Origin: Escherichia phage vB_EcoP_PR_Kaz2018 | Direction: 5' to 3' (one strand) | Sequence record: MN510331.1 | DNA: 39,704 nucleotides | Part shown: piece after piece, positions 1 to 7,487 of the stretch | How the letters are laid out: each line of letters opens with the position of its first letter | Position numbering within the stretch: the first letter of the stretch is position 1 | Made by a program: the position numbers and the translations under genes | The notes under the pieces: model-generated | Seen by the model: only the letters and a program-made list of their open reading frames with translations | What the model was told of the DNA's origin: nothing | Database searches by the model: none

Positions 1-178
1 TCTCACAGTTCAAGAACCTCAAGTCTCCCCATAGGCCCTCTTTAAGTCCAGACCAAAGGCCCTACCCCAGTCTGTCATAAGGTTGGACCGATGGTCAAGA
101 CTTCAGGTCAACGATAGGTCAAGGCTATGGCTTAGGGAAGGACGATAGGTAGGGGCTATAGGTCTGTCTTTGAGTCTC
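1..178. repeat. Left direct terminal repeat (178 bp)
   Basis: Bases 1..178 are identical to 39527..39704 by direct reading; T7-like genomes carry direct terminal repeats of this order of size. Confidence 0.95.
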
Positions 179-204
179 TATCTGTATCAGACCTTGAGTC
201 ACTA

Positions 205-316
205 CCTACAGTCATAACCTCTACATCTCATAACCATAACTCAAAACCTACAGTCTAACTAACCTACAGTCATAGAACCATCGGTAACCACTACCTACAG
301 TCAGAGACCTACAGTT
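205..316 (+). repeat. Array of five CCTACAGT(C/T) direct repeats next to the left terminal repeat
   Basis: Copies at 205..213, 247..255, 263..271, 294..302 and 308..316, irregularly spaced. Confidence 0.8.
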
Positions 317-567
317 AATAGACACAAAGGTATAGACTTAAGGTCTAAGACATGTTAGTCAAAGACTATATCCTCTTACACCAAGGGGCCGACGATAGCT
401 TAATCAATATTATTTCAAATTACCTATTGACTACAGGTCCAGACTATGGCTTAATAGCTTCCGTCAACACGACACGGCAACAACCGGATAGTGAAGACGC
501 CTGGTCATCCAGGTTAAGTAGACAGCCTGATAAGTCATACGAACAACAGGCAGATGACAATAAGTAG

Positions 568-597
568 TTGACAAGATGTAACGATAAGATGTAAGCT
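568..597 (+). promoter_or_regulatory. Candidate host sigma70 early promoter (TTGACA, 18-nt spacer, TAAGCT)
   Basis: Perfect -35 TTGACA at 568..573 and TAAGCT at 592..597; spacer resembles the T7 A2/A3 early promoters as I remember them. Confidence 0.4.
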
Positions 598-721
598 GTA
601 CCACATCGAAACAACGGTGATGACCAACACTGAAATGGTCTACCTGAAGTCCTCTGACTGAAGGGAATGCTCTTTAACAATCTGGATAAACTCTTAATGT
701 GCGCCGATAGCGACTAACTAC

Positions 722-767
722 AGGGCCTTTGAGTCTACATCTGAAGGCCCTGACTGATAGTCACTAA
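722..767 (+). promoter_or_regulatory. Early intergenic element, copy 1: hairpin plus TGACTGATAGTCACTAA box; putative RNase III site
   Basis: 8-bp stem AGGGCCUU/AAGGCCCU (722..729 with 744..751), then the box at 751..767, directly upstream of a gene start. Confidence 0.45.
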
Positions 768-784
768 CTTAAAGGATGAACACT

Positions 785-1030
785 ATGAAACACTTAAGCA
801 CAATCACTAATCACAATGAAGTATTCGTGAACACTAAAGGTTATGCGTGGATTCAGCTTAAAGAGATGAGAGGAGCGCGTCACCGTGTGGTAGTTCGCAA
901 GGTCTCAAGCAAGCCGTTCAGCAACTACAGCGTAGATACTGTGCGTATAGACAACGAGACCTACCTGATAGATTCGCAGATAACCGTGAGTCCTACAGCG
1001 GGCGTCTCAGCTCCTTATTTCGCTAACTGA
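785..1030 (+). CDS. Hypothetical early protein (about 81 aa)
   Basis: ORF track 776..1030; AAGGA at 772..776 favours the second in-frame ATG at 785; no family recognised. Confidence 0.6.
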   Translation: MKHLSTITNHNEVFVNTKGYAWIQLKEMRGARHRVVVRKVSSKPFSNYSVDTVRIDNETYLIDSQITVSPTAGVSAPYFAN

Positions 1031-1043
1031 GAGTGATTAACTA

Positions 1044-1084
1044 CAGGTCGTTAGACTTATAGCGGCCTGACTGATAGTCACTAA
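1044..1084 (+). promoter_or_regulatory. Early intergenic element, copy 2; putative RNase III site
   Basis: 7-bp stem CAGGUCG/CGGCCUG (1044..1050 with 1063..1069) followed by TGACTGATAGTCACTAA at 1068..1084. Confidence 0.45.
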
Positions 1085-1113
1085 CACATACTTAACTTTG
1101 AGAGGATATAACT

Positions 1114-1623
1114 ATGGAACGTAACGCTAACGCATACTATGAGCTGCTGGCTGCAACCGTTGAGCTGTTCAATGAGCGTATTCAGTACGACGAAATAGCT
1201 GAAGGCGATGACTACTATGATGCGCTGCATGAGGTCGTAGACGGTCAGGTTCCGCACTATTACCACGATATTTTTACGGTGATGGCTGCTGATGGTATAG
1301 ACCACGAGTTCGAAGACTCTGGGCTGATGCCTGAAACCAAGGACGTAACGCGTATACTACAAGCTCGCATCTATGAGGCACTGTATAACGATGTGTCTAA
1401 TAGCTCTGAGGTGGTCTGGTTTGAGGCTGAAGAGGAAGACGAAAAGGCTGAATATTGGGTAGTTGACACTAGAACAGGCGAGATAATTGAGGCAGCTGTA
1501 TCACTTTACGAGGCTATTGCATGTGCAAAAGAACTCTATGAGGAAGGTTTTCACATGCAGGTCGAAGACATCAACGATAACGTAGTGTTCGATCCTGCGG
1601 CTGCTGAGGAGGACTGCGAGTGA
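1114..1623 (+). CDS. 0.3: Ocr-like anti-restriction DNA-mimic protein with a ~55-aa C-terminal extension
   Basis: Residues ~20-105 align with remembered T7 Ocr ([43 protein letters not shown]); strongly acidic; RBS GAGAGGA upstream. Confidence 0.9.
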   Translation: MERNANAYYELLAATVELFNERIQYDEIAEGDDYYDALHEVVDGQVPHYYHDIFTVMAADGIDHEFEDSGLMPETKDVTRILQARIYEALYNDVSNSSEVVWFEAEEEDEKAEYWVVDTRTGEIIEAAVSLYEAIACAKELYEEGFHMQVEDINDNVVFDPAAAEEDCE

Positions 1624-1772
1624 TGGTAACTTATGGTCTCTGCCAGCACCACGTCACCAACGCCAGGCTTATGGTCAAGACCGGGCGATTAAACCACGAG
1701 GAGTCTATGCGTCTCTTGAAAGTGGTCTACAGGAGACGCAAGCGCATACACGACAGCTTACACGCTAAGTGA
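1623..1772 (+). CDS. Hypothetical small basic protein (49 aa)
   Basis: ATG overlaps the ocr stop (TGATG); GAGGAGGA at 1606..1613; below the 60-aa cutoff of the ORF track. Confidence 0.35.
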   Translation: MVTYGLCQHHVTNARLMVKTGRLNHEESMRLLKVVYRRRKRIHDSLHAK

Positions 1773-1779
1773 TAGACTA

Positions 1780-1820
1780 CAGGTCATCGAATGCTAGGTG
1801 GCCTGACTGATAGTCACTAA
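1780..1820 (+). promoter_or_regulatory. Early intergenic element, copy 3; putative RNase III site
   Basis: 7-bp stem CAGGUCA/UGGCCUG followed by TGACTGATAGTCACTAA at 1804..1820. Confidence 0.45.
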
Positions 1821-1839
1821 AACTGATAGGGGTTAACTA

Positions 1840-2007
1840 ATGAAATTTACAATCATCGCACTTTACATCGCCAGCATTCTGTCATGGCTAACTGCGGTCA
1901 TAGTCGATGGGAATGCACTACGTCTTGGCTGGCTGGCAGTGGACATAATATTCTCTCCGGTAGGGATCGTGCGCGGTCTACTGATGTGGATTGGACTGGC
2001 GGGATAA
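1840..2007 (+). CDS. Hypothetical small membrane protein (55 aa)
   Basis: Hand-translated MKFTIIALYIASILSWLTAVIVDGNALRLGWLAVDIIFSPVGIVRGLLMWIGLAG; two hydrophobic segments; follows element copy 3. Confidence 0.45.
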   Translation: MKFTIIALYIASILSWLTAVIVDGNALRLGWLAVDIIFSPVGIVRGLLMWIGLAG

Positions 2008-2010
2008 TCT

Positions 2011-2208
2011 ATGAGTCTTGCACTATTGATAGCCATAGGCTATGGACTTATCACCTACGTGCTGGTGAGAGACATCGACAAAGCGCGTAAAGTCTACAAA
2101 TTCAACTATGTACGTCTGGGCCGCTGGACTGTACGTCAACCTAACGGACGATTCATGCGCAACTTAGCGAACGTCTGGGACATAGCAACTATTGGGAGTA
2201 AACTGTAA
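2011..2208 (+). CDS. Hypothetical small protein with N-terminal hydrophobic helix (65 aa)
   Basis: ORF track; starts 3 nt after the preceding stop, suggesting translational coupling. Confidence 0.45.
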   Translation: MSLALLIAIGYGLITYVLVRDIDKARKVYKFNYVRLGRWTVRQPNGRFMRNLANVWDIATIGSKL

Positions 2209-2288
2209 TGAAAACCGTATACATTAACAAGCCATCTATCCGTTAGCCGTATAGAGCAATACAGCGTGACGTGTTCTTACATAGTCGC

Positions 2289-2468
2289 ATGAAGGCTGAG
2301 GGCCATAAGTCCGAACTGATGTGTCTGGCGTATGGTGGACGACCGATCACTGACGATGGTAGACTTTTAGTCTCAGGCTGGAAGGCGATAGACCAACGGT
2401 CAACCATCAAGCACACGACTCATGGTGACTTCAGTCATCTTCACGCTAACCCACTGATATGCAAGTAA
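2289..2468 (+). CDS. Hypothetical protein (59 aa from the internal ATG)
   Basis: ORF track 2271..2468 starts on GTG; first ATG at 2289; no clear RBS. Confidence 0.25.
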   Translation: MKAEGHKSELMCLAYGGRPITDDGRLLVSGWKAIDQRSTIKHTTHGDFSHLHANPLICK

Positions 2469-2473
2469 TTATG

Positions 2474-2496
2474 ACTTAACTATCACTATAGGACTC
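2474..2496 (+). promoter_or_regulatory. Phage-RNAP promoter upstream of the RNA polymerase gene
   Basis: ACTTAACTATCACTATA-GGACTC, +1 G at 2491; same core as the ten other copies. Confidence 0.7.
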
Positions 2497-2565
2497 AAGG
2501 TCTAAGACTCCAAGTGAAAGACCAAAGAGACTTTAAGTGAAAGACTAATAACAAGGACTTTAAGT

Positions 2566-5247
2566 ATGAGCGTCATCTCTATTGATAAACACGACTTCTC
2601 TGATGTGTCGAACGCCATTGAGCCGTTTAACCTGCTGGCCGACCACTACGGGCAAGATCTTGCAGTCAAACAGCTTCAGCTTGAGCATGAGGCATACACT
2701 GAAGGCGAGCGACGTTTCATCAAGAACCTTGAGCGACAGACTGAGCGCGGGGAACTGGCAGACAATCAGGTCGCCAAGCCTTTGATGCAGACTCTGGTCC
2801 CTAAGATTGCGCAAGCCGTCAAGGAGTGGCACGAAGGTCCAGACGGGAAGCTGTCAACCTCTCGTCCTAGCGTAGCGTTCACCATGTTGAGCACTGAAGA
2901 GAAGGCCGTCAAGGACCGCTCACTGCGTATCTCTTGCGAGTCTGCTGCGGTCATCATACTGAAGGTCATACTCTCCAAGCTGGTCAAGCCTGAGGGGATA
3001 CCAATTACACCGATGGCTTCCGCGATAGGTCGCACACTTGAGGATGAAATCCGCTTCGGTCGCATCCGTGACAAGGAGAAGGAGCACTTCAAGAAGGCGA
3101 TAGCTGAGAACCTGAACAAGCGAGCTGGGGTATCCTACAAAAAAGCCTACATGCAAGCGGTTGAGACCTCCATGTTGGAGCAAGGACAACTTGAAGATGC
3201 GTGGGGAACTTGGAGTCCTACAGAGGCTGTCCACGTTGGCATCAAGATGCTTGAGATTGTCATCCAGTCAACACAACTGGTAGAGCTTAAGCGGTACGGT
3301 GCTGGCAATGCAGCGGCTGACGTAGAGATGGTCCACCTGTCAGACTTCTGGGTCAAGAAGATGGCACAACGAGGATTCAGCCTTGCGGGTATCGCTCCAG
3401 TCTACCAGCCTTGCGTCGTTCCACCTAAGCCGTGGACTGGTGTCGTAGGTGGCGGGTACTGGGCCAAAGGTCGCAGACCGCTGCCCCTGATTCGCTTAGG
3501 GTCTAAATCAGCGGTGGCACGTTATGAAGACGTATACATGCCTGAAGTCTATGACGCTGTGAATATCATCCAGAATACACCTTGGAAAGTGAACAAGAAG
3601 GTTCTAGACGTGGTGAACATGGTCGAGAAGCTGAACAACACGCCTATTGATGACATCCCTCAGATGGAACCGCTGAAGCCTGAAGACTATGCGGGTGAGA
3701 CTGAAGAGGAACTCAAGGCATGGAAGAAGGCTGCTGCTGGTATCTACCGCCGAGAGAAGGCCCGGCAGTCACGCAGATTGTCACTGAGCTTTATCGTTAA
3801 CCAAGCGAACAAGTTCTCTCAGTTCAAGGCCATCTGGTTCCCGTACAACATGGACTGGCGCGGTCGCGTCTACGCTGTGCCGATGTTCAACCCTCAGGGT
3901 AACGACATGCAGAAGGGTCTCCTGACTCTGGCAGTCGGTAAGCCTATTGGTGCTGACGGTTTCAAATGGCTGAAGGTCCATGGTGCAAACTGCGCGGGTG
4001 TTGATAAAGTCACCTTCGAGGAGCGCATCAAGTGGGTGGAAGACAACCACGAAAACATCATGGCTGCTGCTAAGGCACCGATGGATAGTATTGAGTGGTG
4101 GGGCAAGTTAGACTCTCCGTTCTGCTTCCTTGCGTTCTGCTTCGAGTATGCTGGTGTAATGCACCACGGATTGTCTTACTCCTGCTCACTGCCGATAGCG
4201 TTCGATGGGTCATGCTCAGGGATTCAGCACTTTAGCGCGATGCTTCGTGATCACATCGGTGGACATGCAGTAAACCTAACGCCTTCCGGTAAGGTCCAAG
4301 ACATCTACCGAATCGTGTCCGACCGCATTGAGGGAGAGCTTAAAGTCCTGCTGGTTAACGGCACGGACAACGAGATGGTAACTCACGAGGACAAGAAAAC
4401 TGGTGAGATTACCGAACGCCTCAAGCTGGGGACACGAGAGCTGGCCCGGCAGTGGCTGACTTACGGCATGTCACGCAAGGTCACTAAGCGTTCAGTAATG
4501 ACTCTGGCCTATGGGTCGAAAGAGTACGGCTTCGCAGACCAAGTTTATGAGGACATCGTGATGCCAGCGATTGACTCAGGGTCTGGCGCTATGTTCACCG
4601 AACCAAGCCAAGCGTCCCGCTTCATGGCTAAGATGATTTGGGAAGCTGTGAGCGTGACCGTAGTTGCTGCGGTTGACGCGATGAAGTGGCTTCAGGGTGC
4701 TGCCAAGCTGCTGGCTGCTGAAGTGAAGGACAAGAAGACTGGAGAAATCCTGAAGCCTTGCCTTCCGGTACACTGGGTAACACCTGATGGTTTCCCGGTC
4801 TGGCAGGAATACCGCAAGAAGGATACCACTCGTCTGAACCTGATGTTCTTAGGGTCATTCAACCTTCAACCTACGGTCAACAAAGGCACGAAGAAAGAGC
4901 TTGACAAGCACAAGCAGGAGTCAGGCATTAGCCCGAACTTCGTCCACTCACAAGATGGTAGCCACCTCCGCAAGACTGTAGTCCACACGCATCGCAAGTA
5001 TGGCGTGATGTCATTCGCAGTGATTCATGATAGCTTCGGGACCATCCCGGCTGACGCTGAACATCTGTTCCGTGGTGTCCGTGAGACGATGGTCGAGACC
5101 TACCGCGACAACGATGTGCTGCTTGACTTCTACGAGCAGTTTGAATACCAGCTTCATGAGAGCCAGCGCGACAAGTTGCCTGAGCTTCCGAAGAAAGGTA
5201 AACTGAATATCGAAGACATCTTGTCTTCAGACTTTGCATTCGCTTAA
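2566..5247 (+). CDS. 1: Single-subunit DNA-directed RNA polymerase (893 aa)
   Basis: Colinear with remembered T7 RNAP over the whole length (e.g. FPYNMDWRGRVYAV, HGANCAGVDKV, DGSCSGIQHFSAMLRD, IHDSFGT, ending SDFAFA). Confidence 0.98.
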   Translation: MSVISIDKHDFSDVSNAIEPFNLLADHYGQDLAVKQLQLEHEAYTEGERRFIKNLERQTERGELADNQVAKPLMQTLVPKIAQAVKEWHEGPDGKLSTSRPSVAFTMLSTEEKAVKDRSLRISCESAAVIILKVILSKLVKPEGIPITPMASAIGRTLEDEIRFGRIRDKEKEHFKKAIAENLNKRAGVSYKKAYMQAVETSMLEQGQLEDAWGTWSPTEAVHVGIKMLEIVIQSTQLVELKRYGAGNAAADVEMVHLSDFWVKKMAQRGFSLAGIAPVYQPCVVPPKPWTGVVGGGYWAKGRRPLPLIRLGSKSAVARYEDVYMPEVYDAVNIIQNTPWKVNKKVLDVVNMVEKLNNTPIDDIPQMEPLKPEDYAGETEEELKAWKKAAAGIYRREKARQSRRLSLSFIVNQANKFSQFKAIWFPYNMDWRGRVYAVPMFNPQGNDMQKGLLTLAVGKPIGADGFKWLKVHGANCAGVDKVTFEERIKWVEDNHENIMAAAKAPMDSIEWWGKLDSPFCFLAFCFEYAGVMHHGLSYSCSLPIAFDGSCSGIQHFSAMLRDHIGGHAVNLTPSGKVQDIYRIVSDRIEGELKVLLVNGTDNEMVTHEDKKTGEITERLKLGTRELARQWLTYGMSRKVTKRSVMTLAYGSKEYGFADQVYEDIVMPAIDSGSGAMFTEPSQASRFMAKMIWEAVSVTVVAAVDAMKWLQGAAKLLAAEVKDKKTGEILKPCLPVHWVTPDGFPVWQEYRKKDTTRLNLMFLGSFNLQPTVNKGTKKELDKHKQESGISPNFVHSQDGSHLRKTVVHTHRKYGVMSFAVIHDSFGTIPADAEHLFRGVRETMVETYRDNDVLLDFYEQFEYQLHESQRDKLPELPKKGKLNIEDILSSDFAFA

Positions 5248-5261
5248 CAGGAGAGAGAGCT

Positions 5262-5477
5262 ATGAAATTTGCACACAAGCATACTGGCGTTAATGGTGGG
5301 ACTCAAATCGTGACCGTAACAGAACACAACGGCGCGGGTCTGGTGAAGACCACGGTCATCCCGACCAAGATGTCCAAGCAGCTTAACATCCCGTTCAAGA
5401 CTCTTGTAGATCTGGTCGAGTCCAGCCACGAGAAGTACCTGAAGGACGCAGTGTCCAAGCTGGAGCAGGCCAAATGA
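5262..5477 (+). CDS. Hypothetical protein (71 aa)
   Basis: ORF track; strong RBS AGGAGAGAGAG 6-8 nt upstream; lies between gene 1 and the first middle promoter. Confidence 0.55.
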   Translation: MKFAHKHTGVNGGTQIVTVTEHNGAGLVKTTVIPTKMSKQLNIPFKTLVDLVESSHEKYLKDAVSKLEQAK

Positions 5478-5551
5478 CAGACCTACAGTTACTGGCCTTG
5501 TGGCTGGGAGCACTAGCAGTATTCACTTTAATCCAACGCAGAAGAGGTTAA

Positions 5552-5574
5552 CCTAAACTATCACTATAGGATTA
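5552..5574 (+). promoter_or_regulatory. Phage-RNAP promoter
   Basis: CCTAAACTATCACTATA-GGATTA, +1 G at 5569. Confidence 0.8.
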
Positions 5575-5616
5575 GACTCAAGGTCATGACTCAAAGTCGT
5601 GGCCTTCATGATTAAC
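5573..5616 (+). promoter_or_regulatory. Late-type hairpin element (TAGACTCAAGGTCAT ... GTGGCCTTCATGATTAAC); putative RNase III site
   Basis: 8-bp stem AAGGUCAU (5580..5587) with GUGGCCUU (5599..5606); same element at 12860..12900 and 36453..36496. Confidence 0.5.
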
Positions 5617-5647
5617 CCTAACTAATCAATACAGGAGCTTTAACACC

Positions 5648-5828
5648 ATGTATCAGAACACTATCAACTTCGAGCGCATCCGTGAACGTCAGCAGACTTG
5701 AAGATTACATTCCGAAGGGCCGCAAGCTGAACAAGACTAAGCGGGGCGGAGGTGTCAAAGGCGCTTTCCGTAACGCTGAAGGCAAAGACTCTCTGGTTAA
5801 CCAAGAGAAGTATTTCGTAGGAGCATAA
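5648..5828 (+). CDS. 1.1: Gene 1.1 homolog, apparently interrupted by a +1 frameshift
   Basis: ATG 5648 with AGGAG RBS gives MYQNTINFERIRERQQT then TGA at 5699; the overlapping frame to 5828 encodes ...SRLEDYIPKGRKLNKTKRGGG..., matching the KGRKLNKTKR core I remember in T7 gp1.1. Confidence 0.4.
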
Positions 5829-5832
5829 CCAA

Positions 5833-6096
5833 ATGGGCCGACTTTATAGTGGCAACCTCAACGCTTTCAGAGCAGCGTGTAACAGGCTCTACCAGTTAGA
5901 CTTCTGCGTGATACAGCAGGAGGTACGAGGCCATCTGTCTCGGAAAGAGTGCATGAGACTTCAAGTCGAGGACCGAGCCGGTAACATCTTCGCGCTTGAG
6001 ACCTTCGCACACTACGATGAAGACGTGCTGTATAATACTGCAACAGACTACCTCAACGGTCTCGCTGACCATATCGACACATGGAGCAAAGCATAA
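5833..6096 (+). CDS. 1.2: gp1.2-like protein (dGTPase inhibitor family)
   Basis: MGRLYSGNLNAFRAA...IEDR..G....FAHYDEDVLYN aligns along its length with remembered T7 gp1.2. Confidence 0.9.
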   Translation: MGRLYSGNLNAFRAACNRLYQLDFCVIQQEVRGHLSRKECMRLQVEDRAGNIFALETFAHYDEDVLYNTATDYLNGLADHIDTWSKA

Positions 6097-7118
6097 TGAC
6101 AACTATTAAAACCAACCCGCACCGCGCTGTAGATTACTCTGAGTCTGGCGTTAAGAAGGCACTGGAAGCAGCCGGGTCTCTGGAAGCTGAAGTGAAATAC
6201 GACGGTGTGCGCCTGAATCTCCCGGTACTGCGTGAAGGTGAGACCTACTGGCTGAGTCGTGAGTCTAAACCTCTTCCAGCCTTGGAGTGGATGAACTCTG
6301 AGTTAGGGAATGCGTGGACCCAAGCTGACTGGCGATGGTTCCTACGTCAAGCTGGCTACGAAGGTGTGGGCATGATGATTGATGGCGAGGTCATGGTCAA
6401 AGGTGTAGACTTCAACACCTCCTCAGGTCTCATCCGAACGAAGTGGCTGAAGCCCAACAACGAGGAGTTCGCTGAATGCTATCCGGGCCGTGGTAAGAAG
6501 GTCCAGTTCTGGGTAGCCCGGTCAAGACTTAAGATTGTGGTCTACGGTGTCGTCGACATGACAACCATTGCTGACCCGAAAGCCGAAGGTCCTATCCATA
6601 GCGTAACCCGCCTGAAGGCCGAAGCTATAGTCCCTCTACTCCAGAAATACTTCCCGGAAATCGACTGGGTTCTCTCTGAGAGTCATACGGTCTATGACCT
6701 TGAGTCGCTCAACTCCCTGTACGAAGAGAAGCGTCTGGAAGGACACGAGGGTCTGGTAGTCAAGGACCCACTTGGCAAATATAAGCGTGGCAAGAAGTCT
6801 GGCATGTGGAAGATGAAGCCAAGTGAGGATACCGACGGGACCGTGTGTGGCCTCGTGTGGGGGACTCCTTGTAAGGCTAACGAAGGTAAGGTCATCGGCT
6901 TCGAGGTTCTGCTTGAGGACGGCATGGAGGTCTCCGCAACTAACATTAGTCGCGCCCTTATGTCCGAGTTCACAGAGAATGTTAAGTCAGACCCTGACTA
7001 CTACAAGGGGTGGGCTTGCCAGATTACCTACATGGAGCGGTTCCCAGATGGTTCCCTTCGTCATCCCTCGTTCAAGTGCTGGCGCGGAACGGAAGATAAC
7101 CCAACTGTTAAGAGTTAA
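6096..7118 (+). CDS. 1.3: ATP-dependent DNA ligase
   Basis: Adenylation motif KYDGVR; EGHEGLVVKDP, KRGKKSGMWKMKP and WACQITYME match T7 ligase; start taken at ATG 6096 (TAATG overlap, GGAG RBS) rather than track start 6081. Confidence 0.95.
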   Translation: MTTIKTNPHRAVDYSESGVKKALEAAGSLEAEVKYDGVRLNLPVLREGETYWLSRESKPLPALEWMNSELGNAWTQADWRWFLRQAGYEGVGMMIDGEVMVKGVDFNTSSGLIRTKWLKPNNEEFAECYPGRGKKVQFWVARSRLKIVVYGVVDMTTIADPKAEGPIHSVTRLKAEAIVPLLQKYFPEIDWVLSESHTVYDLESLNSLYEEKRLEGHEGLVVKDPLGKYKRGKKSGMWKMKPSEDTDGTVCGLVWGTPCKANEGKVIGFEVLLEDGMEVSATNISRALMSEFTENVKSDPDYYKGWACQITYMERFPDGSLRHPSFKCWRGTEDNPTVKS

Positions 7119-7129
7119 CTAAACATCAA

Positions 7130-7160
7130 CCCAGTGGTCTTATGACTGCTGGGTTTCCTT
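7130..7160 (+). terminator. Intrinsic terminator after the ligase gene (position of T7 TE)
   Basis: 10-bp stem CCCAGUGGUC/GACUGCUGGG with UUAU loop, then UUUCCUU. Confidence 0.6.
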
Positions 7161-7182
7161 GCGTCTGGGCCACCAGCTAGAC

Positions 7183-7205
7183 CCTAAGCTATCACTATAG
7201 GACAA
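7183..7205 (+). promoter_or_regulatory. Phage-RNAP promoter (variant TAAGCT)
   Basis: CCTAAGCTATCACTATA-GGACAA, +1 G at 7200. Confidence 0.75.
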
Positions 7206-7229
7206 CCATCAACAACCTAAGGAGACTCT

Positions 7230-7487
7230 ATGTCTAAGAACTTAATGTTCAACCGTTATTCCAATACCTTCCACCTGTCTCACAACCCGTTCGCTTGCAT
7301 TAAGCGCAACGAGAAGCTGGGATACTTCGGGAAGGCCGTTAAGCTGTCACCTACAGTCTTCGCTCTGATTACTCCCGGCAAAGCTGAAGAGGCTCGCCAG
7401 AAGCGTGAGACCGACGTACCTGTGGTATACACCAAGTGGCCTCGCGTTCGTCTGTTTATTGAGTTCGTGAAGGAGGTGATCTTATGA
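7230..7487 (+). CDS. Hypothetical protein (85 aa); gene 1.6 position
   Basis: ORF track; RBS AAGGAGACTCT upstream; assignment by position only. Confidence 0.7.
   Translation: MSKNLMFNRYSNTFHLSHNPFACIKRNEKLGYFGKAVKLSPTVFALITPGKAEEARQKRETDVPVVYTKWPRVRLFIEFVKEVIL

Noticed and set aside
205-316. Possible CRISPR array from the CCTACAGT repeats
   Set aside because: Repeat unit is only 8-9 bp with irregular 7-33 bp spacing and no cas genes; not CRISPR-like
427-455. Second candidate sigma70 promoter (TTGACT, 17-nt spacer, CTTAAT)
   Set aside because: The -10 element lacks the conserved A at position 2; kept only as a weak possibility
352-567. 71-aa + strand ORF in the left-end region
   Set aside because: Lies among the repeats and candidate host promoters, has no Shine-Dalgarno sequence, and the T7 equivalent region is non-coding
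2582-2785. Short + strand ORFs nested out of frame in large genes (this and similar inside genes 1, 15, 16, 17, 19)
   Set aside because: No RBS, and they overlap strongly conserved coding frames; only Rz1 (36651..36926) has both a known precedent and conserved motifs
6081-6095. Track start ATG 6081 for the ligase
   Set aside because: It overlaps the gene 1.2 coding end; ATG 6096 has a GGAG RBS and gives the T7-like N-terminus (MTTIKTNP vs MMNIKTNP)
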